Below, one piece after another: positions 20,163 through 27,388 of a stretch of DNA of 59,080 nucleotides. The position numbers were made by a program, and so were the translations under genes. Under the pieces are notes generated by a model that did no database searches, was not told where the DNA came from, and saw nothing but the letters and a program-made list of their open reading frames with translations. How positions within the stretch are numbered: position 1 is the first letter of the stretch; every line of letters begins with the position of its first letter. The DNA is from Oscillospiraceae bacterium (GTDB lineage: Bacteria > Bacillota > Clostridia > UBA1381): positions 1 to 59,080 of the forward strand of contig SVKH01000001.1 of NCBI GenBank assembly GCA_015068545.1. Reading direction: 5' to 3'.

Positions 20163-20262
20163 TTGTTGCACCGCATTTGAAGTGTATCTCCATGCCGCTG
20201 TCCTTCATTACGATGTAGTCTACCACCTTCTTGATTTCCCGATAATTTACGCGATACCCCAA
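20163..20262 (-). pseudogene. possible C-terminal fragment of a recombinase gene
   Basis: It translates to ...GYRVNYREIKKVVDYIVMKDSGMEIHFKCGATI, which resembles the C-terminal tail of large serine recombinases as recalled from memory. There is no N-terminus, no SD and no ATG. Confidence 0.25.
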
Positions 20263-20277
20263 ATTAGTGTTCTTAAT

Positions 20278-20305
20278 TGGTGACCCGTATGGGAATCGAA
20301 CCCAT
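20278..20305 (-). pseudogene. orphan tRNA 3' fragment (acceptor 3' strand plus T-arm plus CCA)
   Basis: The minus strand reads atgggttcgattcccatacgggtcacca, with a T-stem/loop (ATGGG-TTCGATT-CCCAT). No matching 5' acceptor, D-arm or anticodon arm lies upstream. Confidence 0.65.
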
Positions 20306-20349
20306 GTTATAATTGTGCATTACACCATTATATTTTATAAAAATATAAT

Positions 20350-20384
20350 AAAAAATAAAAGACTGCTCAAAAGAACAGTCTTTT
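20350..20384 (-). terminator. rho-independent terminator, apparently the original tRNA operon terminator
   Basis: The stem is aaaagactg / cagtctttt, followed by a T-run on the minus strand. It lies immediately downstream of the displaced tRNA-Lys 3' copy. Confidence 0.7.
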
Positions 20385-20388
20385 CTAC

Positions 20389-20434
20389 TGGTGAGCCATC
20401 GGAGATTCGAACTCCGGACAACTTGATTAAAAGT
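20389..20434 (-). repeat. distal att repeat (displaced 3' portion of tRNA-Lys)
   Basis: The sequence tggtgagccatcggagattcgaactccggacaacttgattaaaagt is identical to 27056-27101. Confidence 0.95.
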
Positions 20435-20572
20435 GACTGCCCATTCGGGCAGTATTGAAATCTATCTCAATCCGTTGATTTCACAAGGTTTATTTACATT
20501 ACACGTTAATTCTAATGCCTTTCGGCACGCTTGATATTTGATACTATTATTATACTATTCCAAGAGGAAAAG

Positions 20573-21181
20573 TCAATTATTTTCTGTCATCTGAACGAGT
20601 TTATAAAAACTTGTTCTTTTTGTTTCGGTCAATTCCATTGCCGTTTTTGCGGTGATTTTTCCGTCTTTCCAGTCTGCATACACCTTTTTCCAATTTGCAG
20701 GATAAGTAAGTGCGGGACGTCCTAACTTCTTTCCGTTTTTCTTTGCCGCCTCAATGCCCTCTGCTTGTCTTGCCTTGATTGTTTTTCTTTCCTGTTCCGC
20801 AATCGTTCCAAGCACTTCAATCAGAATGTTGTTCACCATTTCAAAAACCCATTCTTGACCTTGCGGCAAGTCCATCATTGTTGTTGGTAGGTCAATGACT
20901 TTCAATCTGATGCCGTTGTCTTTAAAGAATTGTAATTCGTTTTTGATGTCTGTTTTGTTTCTTGACAGACGGTCAAGTGATTTCACAATAAGTGTATCAC
21001 CCTTGCGGAGCATCGCATTTTTTAATGCGGTATAGCCTGTGCGGTTCAAGTCCTTGCCGCTTTCTTTGTCGGTGATGATATCCCTATCATCTGCTCCAAG
21101 AGTCTTGAAAGCCTCAATCTGTCGGTCAAGGTTTTGTTCCTTGCTTGATACTCTTGCATAATAGTAAGTACGTGTTTCCAT
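20573..21181 (-). CDS. small serine recombinase (resolvase/invertase family)
   Basis: It has YARVSSKEQNLDRQ with the catalytic Ser, SLDRLSRN, and a C-terminal HTH. It is 202 aa. Confidence 0.9.
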   Translation of the reverse strand: METRTYYYARVSSKEQNLDRQIEAFKTLGADDRDIITDKESGKDLNRTGYTALKNAMLRKGDTLIVKSLDRLSRNKTDIKNELQFFKDNGIRLKVIDLPTTMMDLPQGQEWVFEMVNNILIEVLGTIAEQERKTIKARQAEGIEAAKKNGKKLGRPALTYPANWKKVYADWKDGKITAKTAMELTETKRTSFYKLVQMTENN

Positions 21182-21228
21182 TGTTTGTAAACCTCCTGTG
21201 TGATTATGTATTCATCATACCATAAGTG

Positions 21229-21400
21229 TTCGTAAATGTCAAGCCTTTTACGAATATATTTGTAAATTATTTAAATACATTTGCGAACAAGAAAAACACG
21301 TGCTTTTTATGTGTTTATAAAGGTGTACCTTTACGAATACTTACAATTCATCATTATCCGTTACAATTTAGTATAAATAATATTGCCGAATTACAATTTA
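21229..21400. promoter_or_regulatory. cluster of short repeats upstream of the serine recombinase (candidate res/operator region)
   Basis: TTCGTAAA (21229) is inverted relative to TTTACGAA (21247). TTTGCGAA (21280) and TTTACGAA (21330) follow. Three copies of TTACAATT(T/C)A occur at 21341, 21361 and 21391. Confidence 0.4.
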
Positions 21401-21578
21401 CATTAAACCATCAACTTTTAACAACTTTTTATCAAAATAAAAACTTTTTTAAAAAATATTGCTTGTCATATTTATAGCACATCTTTACCTTATCGGTATG
21501 TTATACTAAATACATAAAGAACAGGGAACAACACAAACCCTGAAAAATAAAAAATATTATAAAAGGAGGTTCATTATT

Positions 21579-22028
21579 ATGAACACAATCAGAATTGAAA
21601 GAAACGCAAACGGAAAAGTAGAGGCAGGAATTGTTACAAAGGCATTCCTAAAAAGAGCAGATGTATTCGGCACAGACGAATATATTGCGGTACAGAGATT
21701 TTATGAGATGCATCCAAATGCAACAATCAAAACAAAGTCAATCAGGAAAAATCCCGACAAGGAAACAAACAAGAATCTTACTTACGCAAATATGGAACTA
21801 TTTATTAAGACAATTGCGTGCGACGAGAAAGAGATGAACAAACTTCTTGAAGAAATGAGCAAAATTAAAAACATTTCACAAATTCAGAAGAGACCTTATA
21901 AGTATGTTCTTGATTGGTTCAAAGCAACATTCCCTGAATACACATCTCACGATATTTTCAAGGATAATAAAGACGAGAATATCGAAAACAAAACTAACAT
22001 CGTCCCACTAAAAACAGTAAATGAGTAA
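21579..22028 (+). CDS. island hypothetical protein (paralog A)
   Basis: An SD (aaaggagg) precedes the start. It shares ...LTYANMELFIKT...RPYKYVLDWFKATFPEY with the next gene. No family was recognised. Confidence 0.7.
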   Translation: MNTIRIERNANGKVEAGIVTKAFLKRADVFGTDEYIAVQRFYEMHPNATIKTKSIRKNPDKETNKNLTYANMELFIKTIACDEKEMNKLLEEMSKIKNISQIQKRPYKYVLDWFKATFPEYTSHDIFKDNKDENIENKTNIVPLKTVNE

Positions 22029-22052
22029 TTAAAAGAAAGGAAGTATAAAATT

Positions 22053-22514
22053 ATGGAAAAGAAGAATGTAGAAATTAAAGGTTACAGAATCGATTTTGGA
22101 AACAACTCAATCGTAATGAATTACAAATTTGCGGCGGCTGCCGAAGTGTACGGCTCACCTGAATACGAACTATTAAAGTCAATCAGAGCAGATTTCCCAA
22201 GCTTTAAAGTTTTCACAAAAGCGGGCAGAGATATCAAAACACCTCGCAAGACAAAGCGTATGACCTATGCAAATATGGAAAAATACATAAATACATTTGC
22301 GAATGCAAGCGAATTGATGGAAATGTTTGAATTAGTTAAAGATAAATCAGCTATCGTAAAGAGTCCGTACAAGTATGTACTTGATTGGTTTAAGATGCAG
22401 TTCCCGAACTACAAAGAATTGCCGGAAAAGGTGGAGATAAAAGCTCCAATTGTCCCGGTTGCCGCTCCGAAAGTCCAGACATATAAATCGGAAAGCGAGG
22501 AAAAAGCATCTTGA
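22053..22514 (+). CDS. island hypothetical protein (paralog B)
   Basis: An SD (aaaggaag) precedes the start. It contains ...MTYANMEKYINT...SPYKYVLDWFKMQFPNY. It is followed by a terminator. Confidence 0.7.
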   Translation: MEKKNVEIKGYRIDFGNNSIVMNYKFAAAAEVYGSPEYELLKSIRADFPSFKVFTKAGRDIKTPRKTKRMTYANMEKYINTFANASELMEMFELVKDKSAIVKSPYKYVLDWFKMQFPNYKELPEKVEIKAPIVPVAAPKVQTYKSESEEKAS

Positions 22515-22526
22515 AATTGAAATAGA

Positions 22527-22561
22527 AGTCACACCAAGTAATTAAGGGTGTGACTTTTTTG
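22527..22561 (+). terminator. rho-independent terminator
   Basis: The stem is agtcacacc / ggtgtgact, followed by tttttt. Confidence 0.8.
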
Positions 22562-22608
22562 TATGTCTGATAAATGGCACAACAAAGCCAAACGCGAGGC
22601 GTCTTACT

Positions 22609-22637
22609 TTGATTTTTCTAAAAAAATATGTTATAAT
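22609..22637 (+). promoter_or_regulatory. sigma-A type promoter of the small-protein/HTH/GIY-YIG operon
   Basis: TTGATT is followed by a 17-nt spacer and TATAAT with an upstream TGn (tgttataat). Confidence 0.65.
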
Positions 22638-22672
22638 ATTTATAGAAAATAAGAAAAGGAGAATAAAAAAAT

Positions 22673-22903
22673 ATGTCTTATAAATCAACAACAGAAAGAA
22701 TGCTTGAAGCACAAAAATCAGATGATATTATTAGAAACTATCAACTCCAAAAGGATATTATAAAGCAATCATATTTTGAAAAACAAAAAATCGAAAAGCT
22801 AAAAAAAGAGATAACGGCAGACGTTTTATCTCAAATCGGCACAAAGCTTGAAGATGAGGCGTTGAAAAAACTAATAGACATGATAAATAAACTTGGCAAA
22901 TGA
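22673..22903 (+). CDS. small 76-aa coiled-coil-like hypothetical protein
   Basis: An SD (aaaggag) precedes the start. The composition is Lys/Glu-rich and helical. The stop overlaps the SD of the next gene. Confidence 0.6.
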   Translation: MSYKSTTERMLEAQKSDDIIRNYQLQKDIIKQSYFEKQKIEKLKKEITADVLSQIGTKLEDEALKKLIDMINKLGK

Positions 22904-22916
22904 AAGGAGAAACAAT

Positions 22917-23501
22917 ATGCCATATACATTTCCACATTAGAAAACAGTAACAATTAACCGAGAAGCGGCAAAGTCCGATTTCCTCGGTATTAAAAACGTG
23001 AATTGGCAATCTGCCGCACGAGATTTAGGAGCACATTCTTTGATGTTGTATCTATATCTTGCATCAAATGCGGATGGATTTAATCTTGCATTATCCCCCG
23101 CCGCAATAAAAAACGCAATCGGTATGCCGACAACAACATACCGAGACCAACTGAAAAAACTAATAAATAAAGGTTATCTTGTTCAAACAGGCGGCAATAG
23201 TTTTGACTTTTATGAAACACCTAATACGGATGCCGTGTCAAATACGCAAAACATTCAAACTTGCGATACGCCTACCGTATTGAATTTTGAAGAATGTACG
23301 TATGACGATACCGTTATTACCCGTGCCGTCCGTGATATATCGTCAGATATTATAGAAATAAATAATACAGAAAATTCTATAAATAATAATGGAATAAATA
23401 ATAGTGATATAAATGGAACGGCAGGCATCTATATTCCAAAAGTAAAGGAAATAAGAATTCCTGTCCCAAAAGTAGAAAGAAAAAAGGAGTTTATATTCTA
23501 A
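22917..23501 (+). CDS. winged-helix/HTH protein (phage replication-organiser-like N-terminus) interrupted by an in-frame TAG at 22938-22940
   Basis: SD GAAAGGAG lies 7 nt before ATG 22917. Codon 8 is TAG, and the same frame then stays open to TAA at 23499-23501. The track ORF starts at GTG 22998, which has no SD. This may be a pseudogene or may need amber suppression. Confidence 0.5.
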
Positions 23502-23920
23502 TGGCTAACAAGAAAAATACTTACGAAGAAAATATGTATAACAAACTAAAACAAAAAGGACTTGCCGACAAGTACGAACACGCAGGAATTTATTGTATAA
23601 AGATTGATGATGATATTGTCTATATTGGCAAAAGTCATAATATGTTAAGGCGTGTGTCATAGCATTGTGTGGGAATAAACACTCAATCAGAATTGAAATA
23701 TAGGATATTATCAGAGGCACACCGCAAGGGACACAGGATAGGCTATGACGTTTTATATTACGCCTCACGCGGCTCGTATTACGATGTAAGAGACGAAATC
23801 GGCAACAAAGAGGGTGAGTATATCAGGCAATACAATCCCGTTTTAAATACACAAATTCCACACTTGGATAATTGGCGAAGATTCGATGTCCGCCATATTC
23901 CTGTGCGAGAATTTTTATAG
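23501..23920 (+). CDS. GIY-YIG nuclease domain protein interrupted by an in-frame TAG at 23660-23662
   Basis: ATG 23501 overlaps the previous TAA (TAATG). The protein reads GIYCIKIDDDIVYIGKSHNMLRRVS-TAG-HCVGIN...EGEYIRQYNPVLN. It terminates at TAG 23918, with TAA at 23927 as the next stop. Confidence 0.5.
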
Positions 23921-23927
23921 ACATTAT

Positions 23928-23955
23928 AAAAGGGCGGTTTTCCGCCCTTTATTTT
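23928..23955 (+). terminator. rho-independent terminator
   Basis: The stem is aaagggcgg / ccgcccttt, followed by a T-rich tail. Confidence 0.8.
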
Positions 23956-24176
23956 AATTTTCAACGATGACGGCAAATCAAAATGCCATTTCAAAATTGT
24001 TGTGCCCACGCATACTGAGAATTGACATTTGGATTTTTAAAAATCCCGAAATACACCCCCGTTCGTAAACCGTCTATAAATATGTTTCTCTTTTGGAAAT
24101 TTAAATAAATTTAAAGTCAGACATTTAACCCAATATTATAAAATGGTTTCTGTTAATTGTCTGACTTTGTTTTTGC

Positions 24177-24773
24177 TTATTCTATAATGTACTTTTGTCC
24201 CATTAAGTAAAGACAAAATTCCAAAGATTTCGGTTCGTTTTTTACTTTTTCTGGAACAGAGATAAATCCACGCACCTGATAAGTTGTATCATCAAGAGGT
24301 TTGTATGTACTATCATAAAATACTGTGTTTTTTATTCCGTTTTTCACCTTAAAAAATTCAGCATCAATATCAGAAGAAAGATAGTACCATTTTGAATCGA
24401 CATTGCGTACAGAACAATAATTCTCATTAAAGTGGTATTCTTTGTCATATATTAAAATTGGTTTTGCATAATCGTGAAAACGGTCTTTAAGTTCTTTTGT
24501 GCCTATATATTTGTATTCGCAAGTGTAATGAAATAAAGCCTCTCCATTACTTGGTTTCAAAGTTTGTTTTGTTTTGTCACTTATTGTTGGCATAAAGAAG
24601 TTTTCATCATTTTCATCCATATTGATTTCATCAACAAATTCTGCACTAATAAGTTTTACTTCAAAATCGTTATTTGAATTGACTGTAATATCTCCAATTT
24701 TTGGAGAATTACTACAACCAACTAACGATAAAAAAGTTAATAAAGAAACAATTAACGATATTATCTTTTTCAT
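24177..24773 (-). CDS. island lipoprotein of unknown function
   Basis: It has a signal peptide with a lipobox (LSLVGC). It is 198 aa. It is divergent from the WYL regulator gene. Confidence 0.75.
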   Translation of the reverse strand: MKKIISLIVSLLTFLSLVGCSNSPKIGDITVNSNNDFEVKLISAEFVDEINMDENDENFFMPTISDKTKQTLKPSNGEALFHYTCEYKYIGTKELKDRFHDYAKPILIYDKEYHFNENYCSVRNVDSKWYYLSSDIDAEFFKVKNGIKNTVFYDSTYKPLDDTTYQVRGFISVPEKVKNEPKSLEFCLYLMGQKYIIE

Positions 24774-24918
24774 CCTTAAAATCCCCTTGTATTCAAAAAT
24801 ATGTAGCGACTACATTATATCACATTTTGTAAATAAGTCAATATAATTTATTAATGCCTTGTGTAAAAGCAAATTTAATGTTATTATATAAATATACCAA
24901 AGAAAGAGGCTTGATCTA

Positions 24919-25941
24919 ATGGCAAAATCAGAAAATCAAAAACTAAAAATACTATACATTGCGAAATACTTTCTTGAATATTCAGACGAAAACCATCCAC
25001 TAACCGCAGAAAAAGATATTTGCGATTATTTGAAAGAGGAATATGGAATAGACGCAGAACGTCGCTCCGTATATAGAGATATAGCACTATTGCGAGACGT
25101 GTTCGGTATGGATATAGACGGCGGGCAAGGCGGCAGATACAGGCTTATGTCAAGACAATTTGACTTTGACGAATTACGTCTATTGGCTGAATGTGTTTAT
25201 TCCGCAAAGTTCATTTCAGAAAGTCAAGCAAGGAATTTCATCAGCACGTTGGGTGAATTTTGTAGCGTGTACCAAGCCGAAAAGTTAGAGTCAGAAGTAT
25301 TTTTGTGTGACAGAGTAAAGACAAAGCAAAAAGGCACAATGACAATCATTAGCGAAATAAACGCCGCAATGTCCAAAAAACAAGACGGCAAGTCACATAC
25401 ACCACAAAAGATAACATTTAAGTATTTAAAGTCCACAATAGACGATGTGCATTCACAAAAGGAACGCAAAAACGGAAATCTCTATAAAGTAAGTCCATAT
25501 AAATTACTTATAAACGACGGCAATTACTATCTTTTGGCATTTGATAGCGATAAGCAGGATTTACGCACATACCGAATTGACCGTATGAAAGAGGTAAATC
25601 GTATAGACGAACCACGAGACGGAGAAAAAGAGTTTGCGGAAGTTGATTTACGTAGCTACACCCGAAGAGTGTTTTCTATGTATGGCGGCAAAAAAGAACG
25701 TGTGACAATCAGATTTATAAATCCACTCCTTGATACCGCAATCGAACGCTTTGGAACAAGTCCCGATGTGTTTTATATGCCAAAAGACAAAAATCACTTT
25801 ATTGTATCGGCAGATGTTGAAATAAGCGATCAATTTTTCGGTTGGCTTTGTGGTTTCGGCAACAAGGCAAAGATCGAAAGCCCTGACCACGTTGTTGAAC
25901 AAATGAAAGAACATTTAAACAAGATACAAAACTTATACTAA
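24919..25941 (+). CDS. HTH plus WYL domain transcriptional regulator
   Basis: It has an N-terminal winged-HTH, a central WYL-type segment (YKLLINDGNYYLLAFDSDKQDLRTYRIDRM) and a C-terminal WCX-like extension. It is 340 aa. Confidence 0.8.
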   Translation: MAKSENQKLKILYIAKYFLEYSDENHPLTAEKDICDYLKEEYGIDAERRSVYRDIALLRDVFGMDIDGGQGGRYRLMSRQFDFDELRLLAECVYSAKFISESQARNFISTLGEFCSVYQAEKLESEVFLCDRVKTKQKGTMTIISEINAAMSKKQDGKSHTPQKITFKYLKSTIDDVHSQKERKNGNLYKVSPYKLLINDGNYYLLAFDSDKQDLRTYRIDRMKEVNRIDEPRDGEKEFAEVDLRSYTRRVFSMYGGKKERVTIRFINPLLDTAIERFGTSPDVFYMPKDKNHFIVSADVEISDQFFGWLCGFGNKAKIESPDHVVEQMKEHLNKIQNLY

Positions 25942-26018
25942 AATGTTAAAAAGAAGTCAAAAGTTGATGCTTTTGACTTCTTTTTTTATAAAAGTTGATA
26001 CCTTGTAATGATTTAATA

Positions 26019-26951
26019 TCATTTATGAATTTTTATCCTTGTACTATTGGATTTCATTTGAGCAAGCGGGGAAAATTTGTCATAATTCTTTGCAATATCC
26101 GCATCAAATATAGCACAATAATGCTTTGTCATATCAAGTGTTGAATGTCCCAAAAGGCGTTGCAATGTAAAAGCATTGCCACCGCAATCGACAAGATATT
26201 TTCGGGCAAAGGTATGACGAAAGGCGTGTATGCTTGTCCTTTGTATTCCTCGTCTGTTGTTATAACGTGCTATGCTGCTCCGCAAACCGTGTTCTTTTAA
26301 CTGTTCGCCGTTTTCTGTTGGAAATAAGAAATCATCATCCGAGCCGCCACGAATACGCATATATTCTTTTAGTATGCCGCATAATTCGGTGCATAATGGA
26401 ATTACTTGCGATTTCTTGCTTTTGGTATGCCTTAAATAGATTACAAGGTTTTCCAAGTCAACGTCCTTGTTTTTGATGTTGCGTACTGTTGCGGCACGTG
26501 TGCCGTTGTTCACAAGTAGGTTGATAATCACCCAAGTGCGATATTCTGAAAAAGCACATTTCCGCGTATTTGGTTTTTTCAAAAGTCGCTCCAACTCTTT
26601 ATCTGAATAGGTTTCCTTAATTGTTTCCTCGCATTTGTAATTGTGCATTTTTAGTGACGTTATTTCTTCGTCATTGCACCAAGAGAGAAAAGTTTTCACA
26701 GTTCTGACATAACTACTGATTGTATTCGGTGCAAGTTCTGATGCACGCATACTTGAAACCATACATTCCAAATCTGACTTTGTTAAATCGTCTATTGGAA
26801 TATCAACATCCAAGTGCCGACGTACCGCTTTGAAATGCTGATTGTAGGTTATAAGTGTTTTGTCACTCAATCCCTTTGCCTTTCGTGAGAGAATAAAATC
26901 CTCAAAAGTTTCTGCAAATGTGTTGCCAATTTTCATTGTAATTTTCTTCAT
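26019..26951 (-). CDS. tyrosine site-specific integrase
   Basis: It has a C-terminal catalytic region with HAFRHTFA...LLGHSTLDMTKHY (R..H-x-x-R..Y signature). It lies about 100 bp from tRNA-Lys. Confidence 0.9.
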   Translation of the reverse strand: MKKITMKIGNTFAETFEDFILSRKAKGLSDKTLITYNQHFKAVRRHLDVDIPIDDLTKSDLECMVSSMRASELAPNTISSYVRTVKTFLSWCNDEEITSLKMHNYKCEETIKETYSDKELERLLKKPNTRKCAFSEYRTWVIINLLVNNGTRAATVRNIKNKDVDLENLVIYLRHTKSKKSQVIPLCTELCGILKEYMRIRGGSDDDFLFPTENGEQLKEHGLRSSIARYNNRRGIQRTSIHAFRHTFARKYLVDCGGNAFTLQRLLGHSTLDMTKHYCAIFDADIAKNYDKFSPLAQMKSNSTRIKIHK

Positions 26952-27055
26952 TTTCTGCCACCTTGATTTCCTTATTTTATTTCAAAAATCAAGCGTGCTG
27001 ATAAAATCTTTCAAACAAAGAAAAAACCGCTGAAATCCTTGGATTTCAACGGTTA

Positions 27056-27131
27056 TGGTGAGCCATCGGAGATTCGAACTCCGGACAACTTGATTAAAAG
27101 TCAAGTGCTCTGCCAACTGAGCTAATGGCCC
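27056..27131 (-). tRNA. tRNA-Lys (anticodon UUU), the island integration target
   Basis: The minus strand reads gggccattagctcagttggcagagcacttgaCTTTTAAtcaagttgtccggagttcgaatctccgatggctcacca and folds as a cloverleaf with an encoded CCA. Confidence 0.9.
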
Positions 27132-27207
27132 TGGCAGGGATAGCAGGATTCGAACCTACGAAATGCCAGAATCAAAATCTGGTGCCTTACCGCTTGGCGA
27201 TATCCCT
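27132..27207 (-). tRNA. tRNA-Gln (anticodon UUG)
   Basis: The minus strand reads agggatatcgccaagcggtaaggcaccagaTTTTGATtctggcatttcgtaggttcgaatcctgctatccctgcca. Confidence 0.9.
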
Positions 27208-27215
27208 AAATAAAA

Positions 27216-27293
27216 TGGGGTGGATAGTGGGATTCGAACCCACGACATTCAGTGCCACAAACTGACGCTCTAACCAGCTGAACTATATCCACC
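27216..27293 (-). tRNA. tRNA-His (anticodon GUG) with extra 5' G(-1)
   Basis: The minus strand reads ggtggatatagttcagctggttagagcgtcagtTTGTGGCactgaatgtcgtgggttcgaatcccactatccacccca. Confidence 0.9.
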
Positions 27294-27305
27294 ATGTAAA
27301 AAAAA

Positions 27306-27382
27306 TGGCGCGTCTGAAGGGATTCGAACCCCTGGCCCACTGCTTAGAAGGCAGTTGCTCTATCCGACTGAGCTACAGACGC
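27306..27382 (-). tRNA. tRNA-Arg (anticodon UCU)
   Basis: The minus strand reads gcgtctgtagctcagtcggatagagcaactgcCTTCTAAgcagtgggccaggggttcgaatcccttcagacgcgcca. Confidence 0.9.
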
Positions 27383-27388
27383 ATAAAA

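Larger units (their letters stand above)
20389..27101. mobile_element. integrative genomic island of about 6.7 kb inserted in the 3' half of tRNA-Lys(UUU)
   Basis: A perfect 46-bp direct repeat (20389-20434 = 27056-27101) covers the tRNA from CCA to the anticodon loop. A tyrosine integrase sits next to the intact tRNA. The cargo is hypotheticals, a WYL regulator, a lipoprotein and a serine recombinase. Confidence 0.85.

Noticed and set aside
20267-20458. A 63-aa plus-strand ORF spans the tRNA fragments.
   Set aside because: It is composed of the reverse complements of two tRNA 3' fragments and a terminator, and it has no SD. It is an artefact of ORF calling.
21226-21477. An 83-aa ORF lies in the recombinase / paralog-operon spacer.
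   Set aside because: It has no SD, a low-complexity AT-rich translation, and overlaps the repeat and promoter region. Only a short stretch (YLNTFAN) looks like a relic of the neighbouring paralog family.
22938-23662. Pyrrolysine (Pyl) decoding was considered as the explanation for the in-frame TAG codons.
   Set aside because: No pylT/pylS/pylBCD genes or methylamine methyltransferases are visible in the window. The affected genes are mobile-element HTH/GIY-YIG proteins rather than known Pyl proteins. This cannot be fully excluded without the whole genome, but it is unlikely.
24059-24071. The 9-mer GTTCGTAAA is shared between 21228-21236 and 24060-24068 and was considered as a pair of recombinase sites flanking an invertible segment.
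   Set aside because: A 9-bp match is expected by chance about once in two windows of this size. No extended inverted repeat surrounds either copy.
17790-27101. The whole 17.8-27.1 kb accessory stretch was considered as a prophage.
   Set aside because: No terminase, portal, capsid, tail or lysis genes are recognisable. The region is better described as one small tRNA-integrated island plus a decayed older element.
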